The notes under the pieces: model-generated | The model's database searches: none | What the model was told of the DNA's origin: nothing | What the model saw: the letters and a program-made list of their open reading frames with translations, nothing else | DNA from: Eledone cirrhosa | Lineage: Eukaryota | Direction of reading: 5' to 3' | Assembly (NCBI GenBank): GCA_964016885.1 | Contig: OZ024748.1 | Span: forward strand, 1,674,001-1,738,000 | DNA length: 64,000 bases | Position numbers and translations under genes: made by a program | Shown: in pieces, positions 42,886 through 56,112 of the stretch | Position numbering within the stretch: position 1 is the stretch's first letter | Layout: every line of letters begins with the position of its first letter

Positions 42886-42922
42886 CTGTTATCAAAATAT
42901 TTGGGCCACGTGGAGATGCCAT
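42886..42922 (-). CDS. AK6: Adenylate kinase 6 exon 1
   Basis: MASPRGPNILIT-G|gttagt; phase 1 joins exon 2. Confidence 0.9.
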
Positions 42923-44409
42923 TTTGCCTAGAAATACACTTAACACACGCTACTCGAACCACTTAGCAAAATCGTACGTCAACCGAATTAAATGAATTCG
43001 TCTTGTGTTATGTTACTCTTATGAACGAGAATATTTATATTTCTAAGAATAGATATTTCGAAGGTTAATTGTTTAGCTCCAGATCAGCCCTGATCCAGAA
43101 GACTTATGGTCGAATGCATTCAAGACGTGACCAACCAGTTTTTTTGTTGTTTTTTTACCAGACAGTGTATCAAAGACTACATTATCTAATGCATATATTA
43201 AAAAAAAAAAAATTATACAATAGGGTGTGATATTGAGAGATTTGGTTGCTATGCTTATATTTCCTTTATATACTTATACAGCTGTGGCCTCGGCACCTCG
43301 TCCATGACAGATCTCATGCCACCTTCACTCATATCTACAAACACGCTCGTCCAATATGTACACGATCAGGTTTAGGGTAAAATGTGGAATATGTTGCTAA
43401 TAACTAATCCACAGAAATAGAGCCACCTTTAGCAGGTGAGGGTCCTAATTGAGAGTCACATAAATATTGATTTTTAATTTAGGTACAACGCCTGTAAATT
43501 TGGAGGAAGGGCAAAGTTGATAAAATCAAACCCAGTACTTGACTCCAGTAGGGTGATTTGAACTAAGAATATATATATATTAAAAAAAACATACACAGAA
43601 TAAATACCACAATAGCATTTTATCCGATGATCTACCAATTCTGCTACCCACCTACTTTTGTTACATATATATCCCCAGCCGTTGTGTGTATTTGACTAGC
43701 CAACAGTAGATTATTCTAGTATGAGGTCCCTTTAGGCACAGAGCGTAATTGGAAGCAATTAGTCTAATTAACTTAAGCCCGCCCCTGCATAGAAAAGTTC
43801 ACTAAATTTAACCGCTGTAAGAAGTGTTAACTGACGTTTCGGAACATTGCTCGTCGTCTAGCAGTAAAACAAATTATTTCAGAGTTGGAATTTATAAACA
43901 TAATTTTTTAAAATGTCAAATTTTTTAAATTAAATTTTATGAAAAGTCACCTTTTGGGAAACACTGCAATAAAGTGTGGAATCCGAATATTTCAAATTTT
44001 AATCTCGAAGTCAATGACTATCATATTATCACTAGTATTATTTTAATTATTTCTCATTTTTATTAGTATAATTCAATAGTTAAGAACAACAGCTGCTTAC
44101 GAAAAATAAAAATAACAAAAGTTGTTCATTTGTATTACTCAATTCCTTTTCACCTTGTCAATATCTCCTCGGCTCGTGACAAGCTCTATCACTTGAACAT
44201 GTCGCCGCTTATTATTGTTACTTCCTTTCATTTTAGCCATTCTCAACATTCTCTCTCTCTCCTACTTGATGTTACTCGATAATAATAAGACAAATATATC
44301 TTATACACTTTCATATATGCAACGTCTTCACACGAGTTTTAATTTTAGTTTTATTGTTTTTAAACAAATTTTAACTGTGTATGAATGAGAACGTGAAAAA
44401 CAGCTGGAA
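42923..44409. promoter_or_regulatory. Divergent (head-to-head) promoter interval AK6/PARP16
   Basis: Start codons 1.49 kb apart on opposite strands; CpG visibly more frequent than in the flanking introns. Confidence 0.55.
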
Positions 44410-44610
44410 ATGAAGAAGAAAGAATCAACTCCTCCCATATCGGATGGGAAACGAACTGTATTAGAACGAGTCAACAGCGATCCTGTCGCCTGTGATTTAG
44501 CCATCAGTCTGTTTGTGGCTGCCGTCCATAGTTATCGTCATGATTCAGTCTTAAGGCCGTTTCCTCCGGCTTTTATCAAAGAAGGTTTCGAAAAAGACAA
44601 GAAAGCCCTG
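44410..44610 (+). CDS. PARP16: Mono-ADP-ribosyltransferase PARP16 exon 1
   Basis: DPVACDLAISLFVAAVHSYRHDSVLRPFP N-terminal motif; ends |gtttgt. Confidence 0.9.
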
Positions 44611-45461
44611 GTTTGTATCCCTTCATCGATTTGCTCCACTTTCCACTTCGCTTCACTCCATCTCTCTGTCTCTCTCTTTCATTCTCGGATTTTCTTTTTA
44701 CCCTCTATCTATCTATCTGTCTATTTGTTGTTGTTTAGCCCCAGGTCAGCTCTAATCAGACACACCTGTAATGACATACACACCAGCCTCGACCATTCCG
44801 ATAAGACGGTGGGTGGGGGTGGGGTGGGGTGGTGGGGGTGAGTGATTTGAAAGAGATTTGGCTGCTATTTCTAACACGTCAAGTAACCACGTAGAGACAA
44901 GCCCTTCTCGTTTTTCTCACAATCTTCCATCATCTCATTCTCTCCCTATCTCTTTATCAGTCTATTACTCTATAACTCTTTCTCAAGTTCTCAATGACAT
45001 CTTTATCTGCTGACATCTTTGTCGTCTGCTTTGACAATTAAATAACTACTACTACTACTGAACAACAATAGCAACAACAACTACTACTACTACTACTGAA
45101 CAACAATAGCAACAGCAACCACTACTACTACTAAACAACAATAGGCAATTACTACTACTACTACATAACAGGACTAACCTTTAAGGAAAGGCTACATTAC
45201 ATTATATAGTTCTTAGCCCCCTCCCCCTAAAACCAGGACAGATATTGCTGGAATTCTTTTAGGTTCCACCAAATTCCTGGTTTTGTGTTTATTCTCTTTT
45301 GTCCTTTTACTGGTTTCATTTATTACACTGTGGCCATACTGGGGCACTGCCTATGTTAGATATTTTATTCTGTAAATAACCACAGCTTTCTAATACCAGT
45401 TTATCCACTTTCTTCTTTTTTTGAAAAACATTTATTTTGTTTTATTTTCCTTTTCTTGCAG

Positions 45462-45599
45462 GAACAAGCTGTAAAAGACATCCCTTCCATGACTCAGCTG
45501 GAGCCATCTTTTGACAGCCTACCAGACTCAACTGTCAATTTACTCATGTGGCATTTCAACAATAAATATTTTACTCTTAAAACAAGAGACAAAAACGAT
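45462..45599 (+). CDS. PARP16: PARP16 exon 2
   Basis: cag|EQAVKDIPSM...LLMWHF...KND|gtaagg. Confidence 0.85.
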
Positions 45600-46552
45600 G
45601 TAAGGGAATTTTTTAATTAATTAATTAATTTATTTATTTATTTCTTCTTGTTTGCACTTTATCATCATTATTGTTTTTAGGGCTATTTATCCATGCTTGC
45701 ATGGTTTGGACTGGTCCCATCTGTAAAAGCCTATCACCAGTTGCTACATTTTTTTTGTCATCTCCCTTATAAGGTTCAGCATTCTAAGATTTGTTTTCAC
45801 CTCCCCACTTCTGCCCATGTCCTCCGTGGTCTTCCTATATTGTGACTTCCTTCTACCTAAAATTCCTGGCACTTCTCTACCTAGCTGTTATCCATATGTC
45901 TAGGAGGACACTAACTCCAAATATCAACTGATCCATACCCTGGTAACAATTCCAACTCATGTCAGCATTGAAAGCAAACATAAAATAATGTTGATGACAA
46001 TGATAATAATGGTTTCTAATTTAAGCAAAAGGCCAGCAATGTGAAGGTAGGGAAAATCATTAATATCGACCACAGTACTTGATAGGTAATTTATTGTGGA
46101 AGATGGATGTTAAATGATGAGACCCTGTAAGGATGAAAGGCAAAGTTGATCTTGGTGGAATTTGAACTCAGAACGTAAAGAGCTGGAATAATACCACAAA
46201 CCATTTGTTCGACACTAACGATTCTGCTAATCAGTTGCCCTGAGGATGATAATGATAATTATGGCAATGAAAGATTTATCTTGTTTCTCAGTATAATAGT
46301 ATCACAGAGTTTTATCTGTCTTTTATTCTAGTATAATGGTATTTTAGGGAGGATCTCCTTAGTTTAGCTCAGATTTCTGTTTGTCTTTTATTCCAGTATA
46401 ATGGTATTTAAGATAAGTTTTCCTTCAAATAGCACACAGTTCTGTCTGTCTTTTATTGCAGTATAACGGTATTTTACACAAATTCCCCTTAGTATTTTTT
46501 TACACAAGTTCTCCTTAGTGTAACACAGTTTTCTGTCTGTTTCTAATTGCAG

Positions 46553-46759
46553 TATTATGACATTCTGAGCCTAACTGAAAGCCGAGAGCCAACATCAGTT
46601 GAACCAAGTTATGTGTTTGAGGTACTGCCAAGCCAGCTAAGTCAGTCAAAGTTTGAACAACTCCAGCAAGGTAGACAAGTACTGTATGCCTATCATGGCA
46701 GCAGAGTGGAAAACTTCTATTCGATCCTCCATACGGGATTAGCCTCTCATATGAATAAG
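46553..46759 (+). CDS. PARP16: PARP16 exon 3
   Basis: PSYVFEV...YAYHGSRVENFYSILHTGL (catalytic His). Confidence 0.95.
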
Positions 46760-47348
46760 GTAAGTAGTATTGATTGCAAGGGATTCTTCCTACCAAATGT
46801 TTTTTCAGGTGTTAGCAAAGGGAAGTAGTTTTTGTGGATTCAATTCATTTGTATGGATTGTAGCAAGTCATTTTATGGTTGGATGACTTTCCTAATGGAA
46901 TAGTTAATCAAATAGGTAATTAAGTATGACAAATAGAATTGATTGTATGACATTTCATGAGACACAGCCATTGTTAGGGAGCTCCATGCACACATGTATG
47001 ATATATATATATATGGGTCTGGATATGTGTGTGTGTGTATACATAGATGTATATATATATATATAGATATATATATGTATATATATATGTTCCACACTGT
47101 AAACGTGGTTTGTGTTAGGAAGGGCATCCAGCTGTAAAAAATACTCAGCCAAATTTACAGTCCTCGCCAAAGCAAGGTGCAACACATGGCTAGCCCTGGC
47201 CAGACTTACACCCGGTGTGGACGACCTGTCTAACCTATGTAAGCATAGAAAAATTGACATTAAACGGAAATGATGATGTGTGTGTGTAGTTATGTGTATC
47301 TATATATATATGTGTGTGTGTGTACATATATATATTGTTTATTTACAG

Positions 47349-47514
47349 AATGGTATATTTGGAGAAGGTACTTACCTCTCAAGTGAGCTATCTGTCTCAC
47401 TACACTACAGTCCTGCTGGTTTAGGCTGGTCAAAAAGCTGGCTGGGCAATCGATTGAGTTGTGTTGCTGTTTGTGAAATTATTGATGACCCTTCTGTGAA
47501 ATGTCAGCCTAAAG
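47349..47514 (+). CDS. PARP16: PARP16 exon 4
   Basis: NGIFGEGTYLSSELSVSLHYSP...LSCVAVCEIIDDPSVKCQ. Confidence 0.95.
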
Positions 47515-47559
47515 GTGAGTACAAATACTCTATACTCTTTGGTTTATACTTCAGTGTCA

Positions 47560-48310
47560 TTATCATATGTTATATTTGCGTGGGTTGGATGGGTCTTTCT
47601 CTCCACTTGTTGCATTTCTTTGTCATCTCTAAGTTTCAGGAATTTGAGATCAGCTCTCACCACCTTTGCCCAGGTCTTGCTTTGTCTTCCTCTACTGCAG
47701 CTTCCTTCCACTACTATGGCTTCTTTCCACTGTGTTTTCATTGTACTTCACCAAATGATCATCTATACACATCACATATCCATATCACATGGCTTCTCTT
47801 TTGCATACTCTTGATCCAATTTATGAAGTATAAACACTTAAGTTATCTTCTTTTCAACATCCAGAGATCATTGTGTAATAACTGTACTTCAACTTGTTTT
47901 ACCTACATTTTAACCTTTTGTTACCATATTTCTAATGAGAGATGCTGCCTATGATTGTTAAATCATTTTGAAAATAATCAAGAATTTGGAGAGATTTAGA
48001 TCATTATATCATAACTTCACTTTAACATATACAAACCATTATATCATAATTCCACAGCACAGCCTTCTCTCTTCCACATGTCATTTGATTCCTCTTATAC
48101 TCAGGTTTTCTCTCAGCTCATTTGTGCTCCTTCATTTATATCCACTAACATTACACATCTGGCAGAACTTGTTCACATCGTTTCTATTTAGACTTCACAC
48201 TTCTGTAAACACTCATATTTCGCTACCATGCAATATCACACTTTGTACACATGAATCGCACAATTTGTGCTTCACATGAGAATCCCTTTGTTGCTAGCAA
48301 AGGTAATAAA
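47560..48310 (-). mobile_element. Degenerate RTE LINE 3' fragment in a PARP16 intron
   Basis: Minus strand VEGSCSRGRQSKTWAKVVRADL; homologous to 51860-52500. Confidence 0.65.
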
Positions 48311-48482
48311 TTCCTGGAGGTTCTCCACCTTATTCAGCCATCTCCACTGTTGATTAACCCTTTTGATACCAAACCACCTGAAACCACCCTAGATTTGTGG
48401 TACAAAATTGCATATTTTAAAAACATTTGTCTATCTCCTGCCCTTCTATTGCCCTTCTCACTCTCCCCATTCTATTATTTAG

Positions 48483-48627
48483 GGGACACTGAGCTGAAGC
48501 GGTCCCGTGCTCTGCTACCTAACAGTATCGCTGGTGAAGTACCAGAGAAATATTATGTGATCAGGAACAATGATGTCATTAGAGTTAAATACCTTCTTGT
48601 CTATGCTGATAAATCATCTAATAACAA
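48483..48627 (+). CDS. PARP16: PARP16 exon 5
   Basis: GEVPEKYYVIRNNDVIRVKYLLVY (third residue of the H-Y-Y triad). Confidence 0.95.
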
Positions 48628-48700
48628 GTACGTACACAATTTTATCTCCGGTTTTTTTTTATCATTTTATTATTTTACATTGTTTTACTAACTGGATATA

Positions 48701-48946
48701 GAGTGGAACCTCGGTTCACAAACTTAAAGTAAGCGAGATGCTAGACCCCAGCCTGCCTGCATATTTGGTAGAGTGCAGAATCCTATGTAAACAAGATACT
48801 GTCCTCTCATCTTGTTTAAGAAGTCAAGTGATGCTTTCTCCACCAATAATCCCAATTGTCGCCAACTGTTGTCTTCATTACTCACTACATTGTTCATGAA
48901 CTGATTTGTTAATGATGAAAGGCGTTCGTGAACCAAGGTTCCACTG
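48701..48946. mobile_element. Tigger/pogo MITE (partial copy ~58802-59080)
   Basis: TA|gAGTGGAACCTCGGTTCAC ... GTGAACCAAGGTTCCACTG|TA. Confidence 0.8.
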
Positions 48947-49550
48947 TATATATTGTCTGATGATTGTTTTGGTGCCATGTTACATAGAACTTAGTCCACA
49001 CTGTAAATGTGGTTGGCAGTTGGAAAGACATCCAGCTGTAGAAACCAAGCCAAAAACAATTCCGTATGAGCAAGACATGTTCCCCTGATCTAACTTGTCT
49101 CCTAATGTGACAACCCGTCTAACTCATGCAAGCATGGAAAAATAATTATTAACCCTTTAGCATTTAAAACCAGCTGTATCCAGCCAGAATTCTTTCACTC
49201 TTTCTGTTCAAACCAGCCATAACTGTCCACTCATACTGATGTTAAGGTATTGTTCTCAAAATAAATAATATCAAAATCTCATAGACTCCATATTATGTGA
49301 GATAAAGCCTTTACCACAAAAATACAATAGTAAATATAGAGTAATGTAATGCTAAAGGGTTAAATGGTGATTTTGATGAGTGTATTTTTTCCCCATTTAC
49401 AAAACATCAGGCAAATTATAAAAGTTACAAGTATGCTAGCTTTACAAAGACAATAAAGATACTTTCAAATTGTTTTTATATCTCATGAAATTATCTCTTA
49501 TGAAATTCTAATAATTTGTGTTTATTATCTTCTGTTTTATGTCTTTCTAG

Positions 49551-49689
49551 ATTGCCAAATCGAATGTCCTGGTTCAGTCAATATAAATTTGCTTTGCTGA
49601 TGGCGTTTTATTTCCTTCTCTTAGTAATTATTGGGTTAGCCAACTCTAAACAGTTTAAGCAAAATATAAAACGGTTGTTTAAATCTTGA
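49551..49689 (+). CDS. PARP16: PARP16 last exon (tail-anchor transmembrane helix)
   Basis: KFALLMAFYFLLLVIIGLANS...KRLFKS*. Confidence 0.9.
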
Positions 49690-49963
49690 TTTTTTTTTTT
49701 GTATTTAGAATGATTATAACCAACAAAAAACCCCCAGAAAATAATAATAAAAAAATAATAATAACAAATGGGAATGTGCAATTCCAGTGCTCCCACCTAT
49801 TACTATCTGCTTGTTGCTAAACAACATTTCAGTTTACACACTTTTTCCATAACATGCTTTAAACATGTATTCTAACATGGAGCATAAGAGACATGTTAAG
49901 TCATCTATGATGTGTAAGATTGTTCAGAGTTAAAACATGCATTGTATGTGATGAGAAACCAAA

Positions 49964-50182
49964 CTATCATCTGATGAGGAGACCACAATCTCAGAAAAGC
50001 GTAAAGGTAATCTTTTATGTATTTCTCTGTCATGCAAATTAGACCGATCATTTCAGCTATATTCAACATCCTTATTGGCATATATAGAAATGTTATGAAA
50101 AGATTCCTTTTTAGGCAGAATCATAGGGGTAATTATCTTCTGATGGGGGAGACAATTTTCCCTGAAATGCATAAAAGCAATT
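49964..50182 (+). ncRNA. Two tandem degenerate minimal hammerhead motifs downstream of the PARP16 stop
   Basis: CTGATGA-ggaga ccacaa tctca-GAAA-agcg-TA (49971) and CTGATGG-gggaga caat tttccct-GAAA-tgca-TA (50140), 169 nt apart. Confidence 0.55.
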
Positions 50183-51859
50183 TCTTATGTTTTTCTGTGT
50201 ATAGAGAGAATAATGGAAAATGTTTACACTTTATTCTTTGTGATGCTTCTAATTCAAAGACTGAAGTTATATCTACATTAATTTACCTTAAACTTATGAA
50301 TGTGCTTTGAGCTTAACTCATTTTACCAATGAAAATAGTGAACTATAACACTATAAACTCATATACATATATATATACTAGTAATAGGTATAGTACCAGG
50401 AAAAAGCAGGAATGACTAGGCAAGAAGTAATGGCCAGAAAGGGAAAATTTATTTAGAGTTCATTCCTTAACATGTTTCTGTACAATATCAGTCTACTAGC
50501 ACTGATTGCAAGCATTCCGTAAAAATATTGCACATTTGATTCACACAAACAAAATTTAACTTGACACATCTTTGTATATATATCGTGAGGTTGTGAGTTT
50601 GATTCATCGACTGGGCAATGCATCATGTCCTTGAGCAAGACACTTTATTTAATGTTGCTTCTTCTACCTGGAGTAGTATTAGCAATTGGAAAGACCAACG
50701 GAAACATTGTTTCCTCTGTCCGATTTGACGAAAGTAAATCGGCTGTTCATATATGATGGTAAGTCATTAATTATCTGCAATGCTCTTATTAAAAAAATCA
50801 GCACTATTGATGATTTTTTTTTGTTAAGATGATGTCATCTGTTACTATAGCAATTCAAAATATTGTTGGCAAGATTTCAAAATAAATTTGTTTGTGCACT
50901 TCTTCATGTTGGCACAAACTTTACTAAAGCTGAGTCTGCTGTGGATGATTTCATAGGCACAAACTGGAATAAATCACATATCTGTCATGCTCATTAATAG
51001 TCACCTGTCTGTTTAACAGCACATAGCAAAGACTGAATGTTGTCATCAGTACATAATAAGGTCAGGCATCTAGCTCAGTCTTGATGTATGATATATGTTC
51101 AAAAATCATAGGAAAATAGCCTTAACCTACTCCCACTATATCCCCCTTCCCATGATAAAAACCAACTGTGAATATCAAATATCACTTTCAGCCTGTAGAA
51201 TTAGTTGGAGTAAGGAAAGCTTATTCTAAAACTGGGTCAAACTAAAAATAAATCAGTCTGTCACAATGAAAAACTTGTTGTCACTACAGAATTGGCAATT
51301 ATTGTGTTAATGTCAGCCCACAGTTAGGGTGTTCTTTTCATTTGTGACGTGAGCTCAGTAAATAGTATTGGCAGGAGTTGTTTAGGTGCAGACATTGATT
51401 ATCTCTCTTGTGTAGCAATAAAGTGCAGTTCCTATCAGGTCAAGTAACCTCTCCAACGAAGATTCCCACTCATTTTAGGGTGGGTGAGAGATGTCTTCTC
51501 TTGTGAAAATGGGTGTAGCTTTCATTATGTAAAATCTCCCCATTTTGGGGCACTTATTTTCATGGTACTCCCCGGGTTGTTAGAGGTTGGCAGGTCTGTT
51601 CCTATGCTGTGCTAAATACTGCAATAAATTTTCAACCCACAATAAATGAATTAGTGGACACAGCTTTTCTTTGGAGCAGCAGAGCAGATATAATGAATAC
51701 AACTTAACTGTTGTTTCAAGTTCACCTGAACTGTGTAACTAAAGTGAAAATATGTGTAGCAATGGCTATTTAACTAATTTTCCTGTTAACAGGAACATTT
51801 TAAAAAAATTGCCTTGTGTATAATTCATATCTCAGTATATATATATATATATATAAGTA

Positions 51860-52860
51860 GCAGCAAGTGCCCACAGAATACTAGCTCATTCCATTGCACA
51901 GATGGTTCTATAGAAATAGTGGACAGCTTCCGTTACCTGGGTGACAAAATCAGCAGTGGGGGAGGGTGCTCTGTAAGTACAGTAGCTAGAGTCAGAACTG
52001 GATGGAAAAAGTTCAGAGAGCTTATACCACTATTAGCCGCTAAAGGGTTCTCCCAAAAAATGAAAGGCAGGCTGTATGATGCCTGCATACGAACAGCAAT
52101 GTTACATGGCAGTGAGACCTGGGCATTGTGTGCAGAGGATATACGCAGACTGGAGAGGAACGAAGCTTGCATGCTCCGCTGAATGTGTAATAGTAATATA
52201 CGTGAACGGCAAAGCATAAACGAACTAAGGGAGAAATTAGAAATAAGAGGAATCAGATGTTGTTTACTCGAGAGAAGACTACGTAGGTATGGTCATGTGA
52301 TGCGCATGAAAGACGACAGCTGTATAAAAAAGTGCAGGGCAATAATAATAGACGGTAGCCACGGAGTAGGCAGACCCAGAAAAACCTGGGACGACTTGAT
52401 AAATTCCGACCTCACACACTTATACCTTTCCAAGACAATGTCACTGGACCGAGATCTTTGGCGCTACACAGTAATAGAGAAGACCCGCCTTACCTAAGTA
52501 CAAAGTGAAACCTATTACAGTCAGTAGGCACCTCTAACAAAATACACCCCCATTCCACTACCCCCACCCCATCCACACCACCCCTTTCAATGTAAAGTTA
52601 TGTTGGTACCACAACATCCAGCCCGAAACAAATGAGGTCCTGTAGGTATCACGACAAAAAAAACAAACAGTCTACGCTGTAATGTGGCCGTGTAGGTAAC
52701 ACGGTAAAAACCTCCCAGTCCACACTGTAAATGTGGTTGGTGTTAGGAAGGGCATCCAGCCGTAGAAAACCCGCCAGACAATCACTCTTGCCTCAAGTGG
52801 GAAAACTCCCGTCCAAACCCATGCAAGCGTGGAATATGGACATTAAACGATGATGATGAT
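51860..52860 (+). mobile_element. RTE LINE 3' part with complete tail
   Basis: VDSFRYLG, KGRLYDACIRTAMLHGSETW, RRLR.YGHVMR, GRPRKTW; 3' tail ends (gat)n. Confidence 0.9.
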
Positions 52861-52923
52861 ATATATATATACAAACCTGACACTAACTGATATCAGTTTT
52901 GACTTATTGAATGTGTATATATA

Positions 52924-53005
52924 CAGGATGTCCCCACAAAATATATATACATTTTGAATTATCTGCTGTTGAAGAAGTGTGTATACATTTTTTCAGGACG
53001 CCCTG
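52924..53005. mobile_element. Tc1/mariner-type mini-MITE
   Basis: TA|CAGGATGTCC ... GGACGCCCTG|TA. Confidence 0.7.
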
Positions 53006-54319
53006 TATATATATATATAGGCCTCTGATATAGTGACCTCAGTGCAATATTTATAATAGTCATTATATAGGTTGACTTATTCATACTTTGTACAACATAA
53101 CTATGATGTTTCAGCAAAGCAAGTGTCTACTCAGCTCTCCTGAAACATCATAGTAGGCATCAAGACTAGAGCTGTTTCATTCATTTGTGATCATCAGGAA
53201 TGACCATTCATTCTTGATGATTTCAAAACAAATGAAGCAGTTATAGTTCTGTTGAATCCATTTCTGTATGGATTACCCTATTTAACTGTGGTTCACTTCC
53301 ATTCTTAACTATATAGGAATTAACATTAAGACAGGGTTGTACTATTACATGATTAAATTTATTTATGTTATGCACATTTCCTTAATGCCAGTGTGTTATA
53401 TAGTCATAACTTAGGCTAGCATGGCCTCTTCAAACACTATTTTGCATTTAAGCAGAAGTTACATGAAAAAAGTATAAAATTGTTGATATGGTTAAACATA
53501 TATATATACATACAACCCATACTAGTGTGGAAAAATGGATGTTATCTATATATGCACACATATACAAAAGAATACATTTTAAAACAGCATGTGTTATAGA
53601 AAGTCACAATCAAAGCATTTTCAGAAGTTAAATCTCACCAGTAAGAAATATTTGTGCAAGTTGGGATTTCAAGTTTTTATTATTGATTTGAAAGCAAAAA
53701 AAAGAAAAAGAAAACATAACCAACAGACTTTGCTGGTTTTAAAATCAGAATTAATTTGCTCAATTATCAGAAATGATAATACATGCTAATCGAAGTATCA
53801 CTTTCTAACTTACAGAGTATTAGTCACATTTTTATCTATCTCATTCTTTCCTTTTGTTTTTCTTCCACAGTTGATATATATTTTTATCATGATGACATAT
53901 ATAGAAAAGAAAACTAAAAAAAAATTAAAAAAAAATCAAATTATTTCGGCTACAAACTTTTTATATAACAAACGTTACTCTCCCCCAACTCCTCCATTTA
54001 TCCATCAATAATAAATAAATAAATAAATATATTGGGCTGCTCAAAAATGTAAATAAATATTTAAAAAAATTTACAATAAATAAGATAAGCTGAAAAAACA
54101 ACAAAGAAACTAATATGAAATTCTTCAGTTTTATAGTCTTCACTATGACACGGTATTCAAACTGTATGTATTAAACATTTTTACAATACTAACAGTTTTA
54201 ATGTTTGTTTTTTCCATGATTTGTTTGATACTTTTGTTGTTCTTTAATTCTTTTTACATTTTTGTTGACAAAAAAAAAAACGAAACGTGGGGGAGTATTA
54301 ATAGCTACATGTGAAAATA

Positions 54320-54505
54320 TGGGGTGTAATACACAAAAATCACTTAGCTAGTTATATAGGATGTAATACACAAACACCACTTAACTAGTTATATAGGATG
54401 TAATACACAAACACCACTTCCCTAGTTATACTAGGTGTAATACACAAACACTTCCTCAGTTATACTGGGTGTAATACACAAACACCACTTCCCTAGTTAT
54501 ACTAA
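54320..54505. repeat. ~30-33-bp minisatellite
   Basis: gtaatacacaaacaccacttccctagttata repeated ~5x. Confidence 0.8.
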
Positions 54506-54904
54506 ATGTAGTTTCCTCACTTATGAGAGAATGCTTTGTGGAGAGCAAGCCTTCTAGTGCTTCAGCGCCATGAGTTGAAATAGCCATTCCAATTCGCAGG
54601 TCAACTCTGCCCAGACAGCAGTGAATAGGGAGGATCAATAATGCCGGAAGTCTCTATCGCTAAAGGCTCAACATGTTGAACTTTGAATGCAATTTATTTT
54701 AGTATATCTCACTATACTGTGTGCTGTAAATATTTTCATATAAATTTCATTGTTTTATGTTATTATTGGATGAAATAATTCAATGAAATATATTGCATAT
54801 TGCTGGAGAAATCTTTTTTTTTTTTTTTTTTTACTTCCGGAACTGAATATTTCTTTGTACTTAGCTATGATGGCGGGTAGAGGAATGTGCCAAGCAAAAT
54901 TATG

Positions 54905-55025
54905 GAACATGTCAGTTAGACAAACAGAGTTATAGAACCTGTCAGCTAGGCAAACAGAGTTAAGGGACCTGTCAGCTAGACAAGCAGAGTTAAAGAACCT
55001 GTCAGGTAGACAAGCAGAGTTATGT
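54905..55025. repeat. 29-bp minisatellite x4
   Basis: gaacctgtcagctagacaa-cagagtta repeated. Confidence 0.85.
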
Positions 55026-55213
55026 ACCTTATGAAACAGAAAGCTTATAATTTTTCTGTAAGAGTTATGATGTTCTACATGTTAAACACACCAGCCACTG
55101 ATATAAACATTTTAGCCTTTTGCATAGAGAAATATTTTGCAGTTTACAACTCTTTATACCATTTCCACTCCTCCATAGTTGAAGGTCAGCCAGGAACCCC
55201 CAGTTCAGTTACC

Positions 55214-55426
55214 TTAAGGAGGTATACTGCCTCTCTCTCCTTTCCAAAGTTCCTTCAGTTCAACGTTACAATGCAGATCTCTAAGAGCTGCTTTGGCTTC
55301 ATCATGGGCTGCACTGTGTTTAACGAGTACTGCATTAATCAAATCTGCAATCTCAAGTTCCAGGAATGCATCACAGTATTTTGTATTATGATAAACAATG
55401 TTACGTACAACAATGCAGGCAGATTT
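55214..55426 (-). CDS. ARMC6: Armadillo repeat-containing protein 6, last exon
   Basis: KSACIVVRNIV...DEAKAALRDLHCNVELKELWKGERGSIPP*. Confidence 0.92.
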   Translation of the reverse strand, partial: KSACIVVRNIVYHNTKYCDAFLELEIADLINAVLVKHSAAHDEAKAALRDLHCNVELKELWKGERGSIPP

Positions 55427-56112
55427 CTGAAATAAAACAAAAAGAAATGGTTGAATAAATAACAGAATAATAGAGATGAGTCAACAAGCTACAGATACCC
55501 CTTACATCATCATCATCATCATAATTAACATCTATTTTCCATGCTTGCATGGATTAGAAGGGCTGTCACATAATGTGTCCAGACATGTCAAGTGACCACA
55601 TCATGCTCATATGCTCCATTTTCGGCTTAGTTTTCTATGGCTGCATACCTTTCTTAATGTCAGAGAGTGGATCACACTTGGCAGTATGTTATGGAATGTG
55701 TCTGGCTCTCCAGGTTGTTTTAATACCAACAAATAGTTATAATAATAACAAATTAATATATTACCAATACCTAGGCTAAGTTAAAATGGTGCTTAGTAGA
55801 ACAGTGTGTTTCAGTGTGATCAACAGAATAGCCTGCTCATGAAATTAACATACAAGTGGCTGAGCATTCCATGGAAATGTGTACTTTTAACACAATTCTC
55901 AGGGAGATTCAGCATATCACAGTGTGCAACAAGGCTGGTCTTTTGAATTACAGGTACAACTCATTTATGTCAGTTGAGTGGACTGGAGCAACATGAAATA
56001 AAGCGATTTTCTCAAAAACATAACACACTGGATGGGGTAGAGCTAGGAAGTGAATCACCGACACCCACAACACACACTCATGAAATATTTATCAGAAAAG
56101 AAATATCCTCAC

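Noticed and set aside
44381-44413. Upstream ATGs as the PARP16 start
   Set aside because: Both are out of frame and terminate within 11 codons; at most uORFs
54555-54665. GC-richer island downstream of ARMC6 as a possible ncRNA
   Set aside because: No motif of 7SL, RNase P/MRP or snRNA recognised
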